From positions 76,322,001 to 76,386,000 of the forward strand of contig OX597819.1 in NCBI GenBank assembly GCA_951406725.2: a DNA stretch of 64,000 nt, in the 5' to 3' direction. The position numbers and the translations under genes are program-made. Under the pieces are notes generated by a model, which worked only from the letters and a program-made list of their open reading frames with translations, was not told where the DNA came from and did not search any database. Below, piece after piece: positions 13,679 through 25,109 of this stretch (positions are counted from its first letter, which is position 1; each line of letters starts with the position of its first letter). The DNA comes from Octopus vulgaris. Lineage: Eukaryota.

Positions 13679-13873
13679 ATTAATTTACGGTAATATTATT
13701 ACCTTTACCCATTTAATACAATAGATGAACTGATTGCTTGACAATTTTTAACATCTATGTATTATTTTTGTTGGGTACCTATCTAGCAGTATATTGGATA
13801 TATATTATCCCATGGTGGGTTGAATTTTCAACCCCTATCTCATTTTAACCTATATATATATATATATATTTTT

Positions 13874-14278
13874 ATAATTAATCAATATAGGGTGGCAAAA
13901 AATTTTGTAGAATTCTTTTGCCACCAGCGGCCTAGTAGGAAAAAATTAAAATAGTCAAAGACCATTTTTAAGTTCAACATCAACAATAAAGGAACGGCCA
14001 TAATAGGCCATTCACCCACTAGAAATAACAGCCAAAGCTTCAACCGCAAATAAAAGTTAATTCAGTAAACCAGGAGAAAATTAAAAAAAACATTTACCCT
14101 GTAATTTCTTATACGATATACCGTTTCATCTGCTGATTAATGGTAAACTAACCTGATTAAATTAAATCAAGCCAATCTTCCACAGGCCCTCAGATTCTTC
14201 AGTAAGAAATAGCCCAAGACGGAACAGATATTTTCACGAGGCATTTCCGACGTTGCCAAGTTAATATCTGACCTAAAA
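13874..14278 (-). mobile_element. Inverted partial (405-bp) copy of the array unit, head-to-head with the array
   Basis: Near-exact reverse complement of the unit from ttttaggtcaga to gattaattat; abuts (TA)n on its outer side. Confidence 0.95.
14104..14210 (-). ncRNA. Type I hammerhead ribozyme (inverted copy)
   Basis: Reverse complement of the array HHR. Confidence 0.88.
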
Positions 14279-14582
14279 AGGTGAATGGCCTATTATGGCC
14301 GTTCCTTTATTGTTGATGTTGAACTTAAAAATGGTCTTTGACTATTTTAATTTTTTCCTACTAGGCCGCTGGTGGCAAAAGAATTCTACAAAATTTTTTT
14401 TTTTGCCACCCTATATTGATTAATTATGAATTTTCTGGTTAATTCCGTAATGGAATCGACGGCTTATATTTATTTGCTGCCGATAAATTTGGCGCGAGTG
14501 CGACGATTTGAAAATTTTAGGTCAGATATTAACTTGGCAACGTCGGAAATGCCTCGTGAAAATATCTGTTCCGTCTTGGGCT

Positions 14583-14689
14583 ATTTCTTACTGAAGAATC
14601 TGAGGGCCTGTGGAAGATTGGCTTGATTTAATTTAATCAGGTTAGTTTACCATTAATCAGCAGATGAAACGGTATATCGTATAAGAAAT
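14583..14689 (+). ncRNA. Type I hammerhead ribozyme, unit 1
   Basis: atttctta CTGAAGA atctg [56-nt structured loop] cagat GAAA cggtatatcg TA taagaaat; 8-bp stem I; cleavage predicted after A14681. Confidence 0.92.
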
Positions 14690-15078
14690 TACAGGGTAAA
14701 TGTTTTTTAAATTTTCTCCTGGTTTACTGAATTAACTTTTATTTGCGGTTGAAGCTTTGGCTGTTATTTCTAGTGGGTGAATGGCCTATTATGGCCGTTC
14801 CTTTATTGTTGATGTTGAACTTAAAAATGGTCTTTGACTATTTTAATTTTTTCCTACTAGGCCGCTGGTGGCAAAAGAATTCTACAAAATTTTTTTTTTT
14901 GCCACCCTATATTGATTAATTATGAATTTTCTGGTTAATTCCGTAATGGAATCGACGGCTTATATTTATTTGCTGCCGATAAATTTGGCGCGAGTGCGAC
15001 GATTTGAAAATTTTAGGTCAGATATTAACTTGGCAACGTCGGAAATGCCTCGTGAAAATATCTGTTCCGTCTTGGGCT

Positions 15079-15185
15079 ATTTCTTACTGAAGAATCTGAG
15101 GGCCTGTGGAAGATTGGCTTGATTTAATTTAATCAGGTTAGTTTACCATTAATCAGCAGATGAAACGGTATATCGTATAAGAAAT
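15079..15185 (+). ncRNA. Type I hammerhead ribozyme, unit 2
   Basis: Same sequence as the unit 1 HHR. Confidence 0.9.
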
Positions 15186-15572
15186 TACAGGGTAAATGTT
15201 TTTTAAATTTTCTCCTGGTTTACTGAATTAACTTTTATTTGCGGTTGAAGCTTTGGCTGTTATTTCTAGTGGGTGAATGGCCTATTATGGCCGTTCCTTT
15301 ATTGTTGATGTTGAACTTAAAAATGGTCTTTGACTATTTTAATTTTTTCCTACTAGGCCGCTGGTGGCAAAAGAATTCTACAAAATTTTTTTTTGCCACC
15401 CTATATTGATTAATTATGAATTTTCTGGTTAATTCCGTAATGGAATCGACGGCTTATATTTATTTGCTGCCGATAAATTTGGCGCGAGTGCGACGATTTG
15501 AAAATTTTAGGTCAGATATTAACTTGGCAACGTCGGAAATGCCTCGTGAAAATATCTGTTCCGTCTTGGGCT

Positions 15573-15679
15573 ATTTCTTACTGAAGAATCTGAGGGCCTG
15601 TGGAAGATTGGCTTGATTTAATTTAATCAGGTTAGTTTACCATTAATCAGCAGATGAAACGGTATATCGTATAAGAAAT
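15573..15679 (+). ncRNA. Type I hammerhead ribozyme, unit 3
   Basis: Same sequence as the unit 1 HHR. Confidence 0.9.
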
Positions 15680-16070
15680 TACAGGGTAAATGTTTTTTAA
15701 ATTTTCTCCTGGTTTACTGAATTAACTTTTATTTGCGGTTGAAGCTTTGGCTGTTATTTCTAGTGGGTGAATGGCCTATTATGGCCGTTCCTTTATTGTT
15801 GATGTTGAACTTAAAAATGGTCTTTGACTATTTTAATTTTTTCCTACTAGGCCGCTGGTGGCAAAAGAATTCTACAAAATTTTTTTTTTTTTGCCACCCT
15901 ATATTGATTAATTATGAATTTTCTGGTTAATTCCGTAATGGAATCGACGGCTTATATTTATTTGCTGCCGATAAATTTGGCGCGAGTGCGACGATTTGAA
16001 AATTTTAGGTCAGATATTAACTTGGCAACGTCAGAAATGCCTCGTGAAAATATCTGTTCCGTCTTGGGCT

Positions 16071-16177
16071 ATTTCTTACTGAAGAATCTGAGGGCCTGTG
16101 GAAGATTGGCTTGATTTAATTTAATCAGGTTAGTTTACCATTAATCAGCAGATGAAACGGTATATCGTATAAGAAAT
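16071..16177 (+). ncRNA. Type I hammerhead ribozyme, unit 4
   Basis: Same sequence as the unit 1 HHR. Confidence 0.9.
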
Positions 16178-16569
16178 TACAGGGTAAATGTTTTTTAAAT
16201 TTTCTCCTGGTTTACTGAATTAACTTTTATTTGCGGTTGAAGCTTTGGCTGTTATTTCTAGTGGGTGAATGGCCTATTATGGCCGTTCCTTTATTGTTGA
16301 TGTTGAACTTAAAAATGGTCTTTGACTATTTTAATTTTTTCCTACTAGGCCGCTGGTGGCAAAAGAATTCTACAAAATTTTTTTTTTTTTTGCCACCCTA
16401 TATTGATTAATTATGAATTTTCTGGTTAATTCCGTAATGGAATCGACGGCTTATATTTATTTGCTGCCGTTAAATTTGGCGCGAGTGCGACGATTTGAAA
16501 ATTTTAGGTCAGATATTAACTTGGCAACGTCGGAAATGCCTCGTGAAAATATCTGTTCCGTCTTGGGCT

Positions 16570-16676
16570 ATTTCTTACTGAAGAATCTGAGGGCCTGTGG
16601 AAGATTGGCTTGATTTAATTTAATCAGGTTAGTTTACCATTAATCAGCAGATGAAACGGTATATCGTATAAGAAAT
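16570..16676 (+). ncRNA. Type I hammerhead ribozyme, unit 5
   Basis: Same sequence as the unit 1 HHR. Confidence 0.9.
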
Positions 16677-17075
16677 TACAGGGTAAATGTTTTTTAAATT
16701 CTCTCCTGGTTTACTGAATTAACTTTTATTTGCGGTTGAAGCTTTGGCTGTTATTTCTAGTGGGTGAATGGCCTATTATGGCCGTTCCTTTATTGTTGAT
16801 GTTGAACTTAAAAATGGTCTTTGACTATTTTAATTTTTTCCTACTAGGCCGCTGGTGGCAAAAGAATTCTACAAATTTTTTTTTTTTTTTTTTTTTTGCC
16901 ACCCTATATTGATTAATTATGAATTTTCTGGTTAATTCCGTAATGGAATCGACGGCTTATATTTATTTGCTGCCGATAAATTTGGCGCGAGTGCGACGAT
17001 TTGAAAGTTTTAGGTCAGATATTAACTTGGCAACGTCGGAAATGCCTCGTGAAAATATCTGTTCCGTCTTGGGCT

Positions 17076-17182
17076 ATTTCTTACTGAAGAATCTGAGGGC
17101 CTGTGGAAGATTGGCTTGATTTAATTTAATCAGGTTAGTTTACCATTAATCAGCAGATGAAACGGTATATCGTATAAGAAAT
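17076..17182 (+). ncRNA. Type I hammerhead ribozyme, unit 6
   Basis: Same sequence as the unit 1 HHR. Confidence 0.9.
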
Positions 17183-17573
17183 TACAGGGTAAATGTTTTT
17201 TAAATTTTCTCCTGGTTTACTGAATTAACGTTTATTTGCGGTTGAAGCTTTGGCTGTTATTTCTAGTGGGTGAATGGCCTATTATGGCCGTTCCTTTATT
17301 GTTGATGTTGAACTTAAAAATGGTCTTTGACTATTTTAATTTTTTCCTACTAGGCCGCTGGTGGCAAAAGAATTCTACAAATTTTTTTTTTTTTTGCCAC
17401 CCTATATTGATTAATTATGAATTTTCTGGTTAATTCCGTAATGGAATCGACGGCTTATATTTATTTGCTGCCGATAAATTTGGCGCGAGTGCGACGATTT
17501 GAAAATTTTAGGTCAGATATTAACTTGGCAACGTCGGAAATGCCTCGTGAAAATATCTGTTCCGTCTTGGGCT

Positions 17574-17680
17574 ATTTCTTACTGAAGAATCTGAGGGCCT
17601 GTGGAAGATTGGCTTGATTTAATTTAATCAGGTTAGTTTACCATTAATCAGCAGATGAAACGGTATATCGTATAAGAAAT
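17574..17680 (+). ncRNA. Type I hammerhead ribozyme, unit 7
   Basis: Same sequence as the unit 1 HHR. Confidence 0.9.
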
Positions 17681-18079
17681 TACAGGGTAAATGTTTTTAA
17701 ATTTTCTCCTGGTTTACTGAATTAACTTTTATTTGCGGTTGAAGCTTTGGCTGTTATTTCTAGTGGGTGAATGGCCTATTATGGCCGTTCCTTTATTGTT
17801 GATGTTGAACTTAAAAATGGTCTTTGACTATTTTAATTTTTTCCTACTAGGCCGCTTGTGGCAAAAGAATTCTACAAAATTTTTTTTTTTTTTTTTTTTT
17901 TGCCACCCTATATTGATTAATTATGAATTTTCTGGTTAATTCCGTAATGGAATCGACGGCTTATATTTATTTGCTGCCGTTAAATTTGGCGCGAGTGCGA
18001 CGATTTGAAAATTTTAGGTCAGATATTAACTTGGCAACGTCGGAAATGCCTCGTGAAAATATCTGTTCCGTCTTGGGCT

Positions 18080-18186
18080 ATTTCTTACTGAAGAATCTGA
18101 GGGCCTGTGGAAGATTGGCTTGATTTAATTTAATCAGGTTAGTTTACCATTAATCAGCAGATGAAACGGTATATCGTATAAGAAAT
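18080..18186 (+). ncRNA. Type I hammerhead ribozyme, unit 8
   Basis: Same sequence as the unit 1 HHR. Confidence 0.9.
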
Positions 18187-18306
18187 TACAGGGTAAATGT
18201 TTTTTAAATTTTCTCCTGGTTTACTGAATTAACTTTTATTTGCGGTTGAAGCTTTGGCTGTTATTTCTAGTGGGTGAATGGCCTATTATGGCCGTTCCTT
18301 TATTGT

Positions 18307-18310
<4 letters not shown>

Positions 18311-18375
<65 letters not shown>

Positions 18376-18434
18376 TAGATAGATAGATAGATAGATATAG
18401 TAGATAGATAGATAGATAGATAGATGGATAGATG

Positions 18435-18499
<65 letters not shown>

Positions 18500-18510
18500 G
18501 ATATAGATAT
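18311..18510. repeat. Compound (AT)n(AG)n(ATAG)n microsatellite
   Basis: Direct reading. Confidence 0.95.
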
Positions 18511-18989
18511 ACCAGTTAAATAAATTTAAAACGTGGTTTTCTCATTTTTTTATTATTGTATTTAAAATTTTCCTTTTTATAATGCTGAAGTGTGTTAAGC
18601 ATTTAAGAAATATTTTGTAATGTTCATAAAATTCAATTAGTATTTTCATACATTCGTAGTAATCAGCAGATTTCAAAATGTATTTAACTGATAGTTGAGT
18701 TCTTGATAACTCTTGTAAAATGACTGACTTCTTCTTGTTTATACCTCTTAGAATTTTTCGAATACGGTTTTGACCAAAATGCATGCAACGTAAATGTCAC
18801 TGGCTTAGATCCCGCCTTTATTTTAACCAATTAGCTTGCAGTTTACATGTAATGGTTTTCTGAGTGAGCAAACTTAGTTGGTTTCCATCGTTTTTATTTC
18901 AGATGCTGGGAGTCTTCTGCAATTTCTTTATATTCATATGTTAAATGTATTTTTTAATTCACATCATTAACTGGTTGTTATATTATTGC

Positions 18990-19626
18990 TGTAATTTCCG
19001 TTCAGAACAGGTTTGATCATTTTAATAAAACGTTTTTCTTTTATCTTTCTTTCAACCTTAGTTGTGTCATGTGGTTTTTGGAAAGGAAAACTTTTTAACA
19101 ATTTCTGACCACATTTTTCTTTTGTATATTCGCTCGATGGAATTTTGCGAACATTAGTTTTCCTGATCTATTGTCTGTAGACTCGTGAGCGTTTCAATAA
19201 CGCATTTCCTGTCTCACTAATATATAGCTCCTCTCAATTAGGGCATTTATTGTAGTAGATCAAATTTCTGCTTTTGCGGTTCATATCTGCATTTCCGAAA
19301 ATCTGCCCTGTTTCTGTTCTAATGGATCTACCAGTATGTAAGTATTGACACGTCGCAGATTTATTATCATTACACTTGGATATTGTGAATGCTTTATCCT
19401 GTTCCTGCTGAATTTTGCCTTTGTAAATTTTGCTTTTGATGAAGTTAAAAATGTTTGGGTGATGCGGATTGTGTGTTACTAGAAATGGTATTTTGTTCCG
19501 TTGACGGGTTCGTCTTTCTCGTGTTGCCCTAAGTCGTTTAGTTGGTATCTCTTTCTTGTTTGTAGGAGAGTGTATTTTTGCTTGACCATACATCTTTGAG
19601 TCGTATGTTCCTGGTATTTGGATCAT
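18990..19626 (-). pseudogene. Penelope-like element relic: linker, Zn motif and GIY-YIG endonuclease
   Basis: IPFLVTHNPHHPNI..KCNDNKSATCQY..SRNLIYYNKCPN, continuing past a stop into YISETG. Confidence 0.7.
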
Positions 19627-19838
19627 CTACTATACTACAAATATTCCTGGAATGACAGTACGGGATGGTGTGTTTTGTTTGTGGTGTATGGTACGATTTG
19701 ATATTTAGGTACTGGTGTGTATAGTACTAAATATCAGTTGTGAATTTGGTGTTGTTTTTAATTACCATTTATGAATATTACAAAATATTTTTGAATGTTT
19801 AACTCACTTCAGCAATGTAATTTTTCTTTCAAATACAA

Positions 19839-19979
<141 letters not shown>

Positions 19980-20134
19980 GGCTCCCAAATAAGGAAGCTT
20001 AGTGCTAGAGACACAAAGAGGGATAAATTCATGGAGTGAGTGAAAATCAAAAACATTTACCATTAACGATATATCCCGGACTAATCAGTTTCTACCACCT
20101 ATGTTATTACCCTTTTTTTTATGTTTATATACAT

Positions 20135-20176
<42 letters not shown>

Positions 20177-20447
20177 TTATATATATGCATTGTATATTGC
20201 ATATTATATATACGAAAGTGTGGGAGTCTGTGCTTGTGTGTGTATGTGTGTGTGTTCAGCCATTAGAAGCACTAATTTGGACAGAAGAGAACAAGGAATC
20301 TACTAATGGAAACTAAAACACCGGTCTAGTACTTGCCATAAGGAAGCTTGAATCAAGGGAGCTCTTTATTAAAATTGGAAGTTTGTCATGTATACATCAA
20401 GGAATCGATGGTTAGATGGATATATGGATATATATTAAGCACTGAGT

Positions 20448-20686
20448 ATTTATTCTATTCTTTTATTCTTTTATTTGTTTTAGTTATGTGATTGCGGACA
20501 TGCAGGATCACCGCCTTTAGTCAACAAATCGACTCAAGGAATTATTCTTAGTAAGTCTAGTACTTAATATATCGGTCTCTTATAACGAACCGCTAGATAA
20601 CGGGAACGGAAAAAAAACCAACATCGGTTGTCAAGTGATGCTGGTGGGACGAACATAGACACACAAACATATTCATGTGTTTATAT

Positions 20687-20732
<46 letters not shown>

Positions 20733-20899
20733 ATACATATATGTACACGATGGGCTTCTTTCATCTACCAAATCCACCCACAAGGCCTTAGTCGGCTCGA
20801 GGCTATAGTAGAAGATATTGCCCAAGGTGCCACTGCTGTGGGATTGAACCCGCAACCATGTGGTTAGAAACCAAGCGCCTTACTACCCAGCCACACCTG
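20448..20899 (-). mobile_element. tRNA-derived SINE with internal (TA)n and LINE-like tail
   Basis: Head gtggctgggtagtaag..gggttcaatccc, caccttgggcaa; tail ggcggtgatcctgcatgtccgc..(taaaagaa)n; homologous to 58773-59246. Confidence 0.8.
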
Positions 20900-20951
20900 T
20901 AAATATATTTTTTCTATGGTCTTTCGAGAGAGACTGACATATGCCTATCTA

Positions 20952-21089
<138 letters not shown>

Positions 21090-22019
21090 TTCTTGCTTTC
21101 TTTCTTTCTTTATGTGTGTATGTATACATGAGCCTGTATGTTCGTATGGCTGCTAATACACATCACTTTGGCTATAGAAACTGCAAGTTTCACATGTATT
21201 AAGAAGCGAAGAGCAAAATTTTCGTTAGGATTCTATGAATAAACGTATCAAACACAAAGTTCTGTCTTCTTAATGGAATTCCAAAGACAACGACGGCACA
21301 GGATGCCCAAGTCTTTACGTACTTCTATTGCAGCCATAGCTGTAGCTGGAGGACTGGACTTGGCAGCCATCTCAAATATTGCTCTTCATTTTCTGCTTTA
21401 TCAGACACACTTAATAGTCTGCAAGATTGTCGATGCGAACAATGTATACATGAAGATGAATAGCCATGTATAAATTATTGGTATTTCAGGCCCTGTCATT
21501 GTATAAAACATACGCATTGCGACATGTTTTTTTTCACTATGACACACCAAACTGATGTTGATGTATGCTTTAGTCTGATTGTTGCTGTCGGCACCACTCG
21601 TTTTCTTTTTACTATGTAATTCTAGAAATTCGCGTCTAAACTAAATCAAACTGAAATAACTTTACATGTACTGAGTTTTACTTGGTAATATATACGCTGC
21701 GTGGCGCCTTCTGAAATTTTAAACCGAAGCCATCAGTCTTTGTCTTTTAAAATAAAGTGTCAATAAAATTGTTGACACAAATACAATGTAGACTTTTACC
21801 GCAATGTATGTTTTTTCTATTGAAATCTGTCGGAGAACAAATTGATTGTTTTCAACATGATTGATGAGACTCCAATCTTTGTTGTTGTTACAACACAGTT
21901 ACTTCACCTCGTATATTTCTACGTCACTGTATAGGTCAGGAATCTTACACAGCTTGACTAAAATGTTGTATTTAGGTATTTCTATATTGATTTAATGAAT
22001 AAAATGTGATACGCACACA

Positions 22020-22072
<53 letters not shown>

Positions 22073-22226
22073 GTTTGTATGTATGAATGAACGTATGTAT
22101 GAGTGTATGTATGTATGTATAAATTGTAAATTTCATTTAATTCCCTGAGCACTGCGATGTAGATGAAAGCTTTCATTTACATGAGTTTGTAATTTGTGAT
22201 TCTCAAAGTGATATTACACCTACGCG

Positions 22227-22258
<32 letters not shown>

Positions 22259-22763
22259 CACACAAACATATACATACTTTATTAAAAAGCATCAACAATA
22301 TCACAAAACTGTTTCACGTTCCCGTTCGACAGACAGTTTTGTTTAGAATGCAGCAAAATAAAGTTATATGCAGAAATACAATTAGTTTGATAGATACACA
22401 TTTGAAAATGGCTTTGTTTCATTGGGCCTTTCAACTAACGGTCTTTTCAATAACCGTTCGTATGAAATAAAAAGAAACTGCAGTTTAAAATCATACTAGT
22501 ATAAGAATAGAAGAAAACCTCATGTAGCTTATGAAGAAGGAAAAAAGCCTGAATACCCAGGGTAAATAATTAGTTGTAAAAATAATAAATTAAAAGATGT
22601 ATCTGTTGAAAAGATTTTCACGCTAAAATACACATCTATTTAGCAATACATACACATACCAAACAATTAATAATATAACTATATACAATAAACATACAGA
22701 CGTAGGTACATGACTACATGCATATACAGACATATATAGGCAAACATAAATAAGTATAAATGC

Positions 22764-22887
<124 letters not shown>

Positions 22888-22967
22888 GGACACAAGTGTG
22901 TATTTAGTCAGGATAGTACAGAAGTATATAAACTTTCCCGAAGTGAATGTGTTACCTTTAAACATAA

Positions 22968-23228
22968 TTAAAGGATAAAAATCATTAAAATTAATGAATT
23001 ATAGTCAGTCTGCTTGCCCGCATTCAGCCTGTATATATGTGAAGTGAAGATATGAAGTGGCTGGACGTATTTGACGTCTATTTTCAGCATATAGGCATGG
23101 TAGCTCCCGTGCCTTTGAGTATAATTGCATCCTATACATATATCTCTATATATGTATTTTACCTTAAAAGTTTTTTTATATGCTAGGCACTGTTAAAATT
23201 CATAAATTTTAATGATTTTATCCTTTAA
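22968..23228. repeat. 260-bp segment with ~33-bp terminal inverted repeats, internally related to the 34220-34856 unit
   Basis: ttaaaggataaaaatcattaaaattaatgaatt / aattcataaattttaatgatttttatcctttaa; shares gacgtctat..agcataYaggc and tatgctaggc(c)actg with the minus strand of the 34.2-34.8 kb unit. Confidence 0.55.
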
Positions 23229-24350
23229 ACATGTTTATACATACATACATACATACATACATGAATACATACACATACACATATGCGCGCACATAGACAC
23301 ACATACACACAACACACACACATACACACACACATATACATATGATATTCGCAGTCGTATTTCAAAATGCCAACTATAACACTCAATTGATTTTAAACAT
23401 ATTTAAAGTATAGAGCGTTAGCATATTAGTAGAAATAGATTATCAAAATCAATATTAGACAATGACTAACATATTTTAAGTATTTTTATAACAGTCTTGT
23501 TTTCATCCAACTTGAGTCGATAAAACAATGTGCCTTCAAGTACCTTAGACTCTATGTAACTGACAATAAGAAATGCTTTCAGCACGCAAGGGATGCATTT
23601 CGACTGCTTGTAACAAGTGACACAACATGTGGCATCCAAATATTTCCAAATCAACAAAGCCTGCCTTCTTCTGGATGTATGTAGAGTGTTCTTATCTAAG
23701 ACCTCAAAATGTTGAAAAGCAAATTTGGCCTCAATGGAATAAGAACTCAGATTGTAAAGCTAGTAGAAATGCGAGAATTCCATAGGGGGTGCTAAGGACT
23801 CTGCCAGCGCACCACCTTAGTATTAAAAAAAATAATAAAAATGAAGATGGTGCTAATTTGATTAACATAACATCCTTCCCGAAAGATTCGCAATAGTGTA
23901 TTTATATTAAACACCAATAGCAATTCAATATTTCTCGTAACTGTTGGTTCATATGAGAGTTTACTAAGCAAGGCCCCTCATAAAATACGTTCTTGACGTA
24001 TTTTAAAATGTAATGATGAAAGAATAATTAGAAAAATAGTTTATATTTAGTTTATTTTTATCAGTATAGGAAAATAGAAATGTTTGAAGATAAATTAACT
24101 CACTTACTGAATATTTTCTACATTTCAACTTTTTTCAGCTATTACGAGAGACAATTCATGTCTTATTGTGAACTTGTCAGCAAACTGTAGTAATGATATG
24201 CATAACTCAATGTAGTAGTGATACGTATAACTCGGCAAATGTAAAATCTTTTACGCTTATTTGTATAGGTAATACTCTGTACAAATAAAATATTTGGTTA
24301 TTCACATACATATTTTTTCGGATCTTTTCCCTTTGAACGGCAGATCGAGA

Positions 24351-25109
24351 AATTAATTTTTTGTATCTAAACACTTTCAAACTTAGGACACTGGTAGAAC
24401 GTGTCATTTAAAACATTTATTTACTCTTAGCGTTTCTGAGAAAAGTTTATATTTACGAAGTTATTTCGTGTTAAAGTTGTCTTATTTTGGTAATATCAAC
24501 CAATCAATGATGTGTATTCAGCAGAATAAACTTACTGCCGTTGTATCGGCGATGTATATTTTGTTTGTCACTGTTATTTATGACATCGTTCGTGCGTTTG
24601 TACTGGTTTTAGCTTTAAGCTTTGAGGGTTAGGGTTGGTGTTTTAAGGTTAGCGTTTGGGGTCTTAGGGTTAGAGTTACTGAAAAAATGAAAAATGAAGA
24701 AATTGGAGGGGGCGGGGGCAAAAAGTCTTTCCGAAAATACCTGAAAAACAGGAAAAAAACTAAAAGCAGTAGAAATGCACGAACGATTATGGTGGTGCCA
24801 TGAAGTAAACATGCTTCAGATACACTCGTTTATTCATACAAACGTAACTGTGATGAAATATGTCATAAATAACAGTGACAAACGAAATATGCACCGCCGA
24901 TAGTTGTTGTTGATAAACAACAGCTGTAAGTTTATTCAGTTGAATACACGTCATTGATTCGTTGTAATTACCGAAATACGACAACTTTAACACAAAATAA
25001 CTTCGTAAATATAAACTTTTCTCAAAAACGCTAAGAGTAAAACATGTTTTATATGACACATTCTACCAGTATATGAAGTTTGAAAGTTTTTAGTTACAAA
25101 AAATTCATT
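24351..25109. mobile_element. Non-autonomous foldback/MITE-like element with ~235-250-bp imperfect TIRs
   Basis: 24351-24586 is an imperfect reverse complement of 24859-25109; core contains degenerate TTAGGG-like repeats. Confidence 0.75.

Larger units (their letters stand above)
14280..18310 (+). mobile_element. Tandem array of 8 units (494-506 bp) plus ~38 nt, each with an HHR; retrozyme-like or pLTR-derived non-autonomous retroelement
   Basis: CTGAAGA cores start at 14591, 15087, 15581, 16079, 16578, 17084, 17582, 18088; units differ mainly in poly-T length; ends in (TA)n. Confidence 0.92.

Noticed and set aside
14426-14626. 66-aa ORF (MNFLVNS...) and 60-68-aa ORF (MRLKLW...) repeated in array units
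   Set aside because: No recognisable domain. The first is closed early in the homologous 4191-4652 monomer, and the second shifts frame with poly-T length. Recurrence only reflects the repeat.
14280-18310. CRISPR array or rRNA/snRNA gene cluster
   Set aside because: No unique spacers, no cas genes, and no 5S/U-snRNA/tRNA sequence recognisable. No second HHR on the antisense strand of the unit either.
21250-21480. Slightly GC-richer segment as a possible host exon
   Set aside because: No recognisable protein motif or clear splice pair; cannot be supported without RNA-seq or homology.
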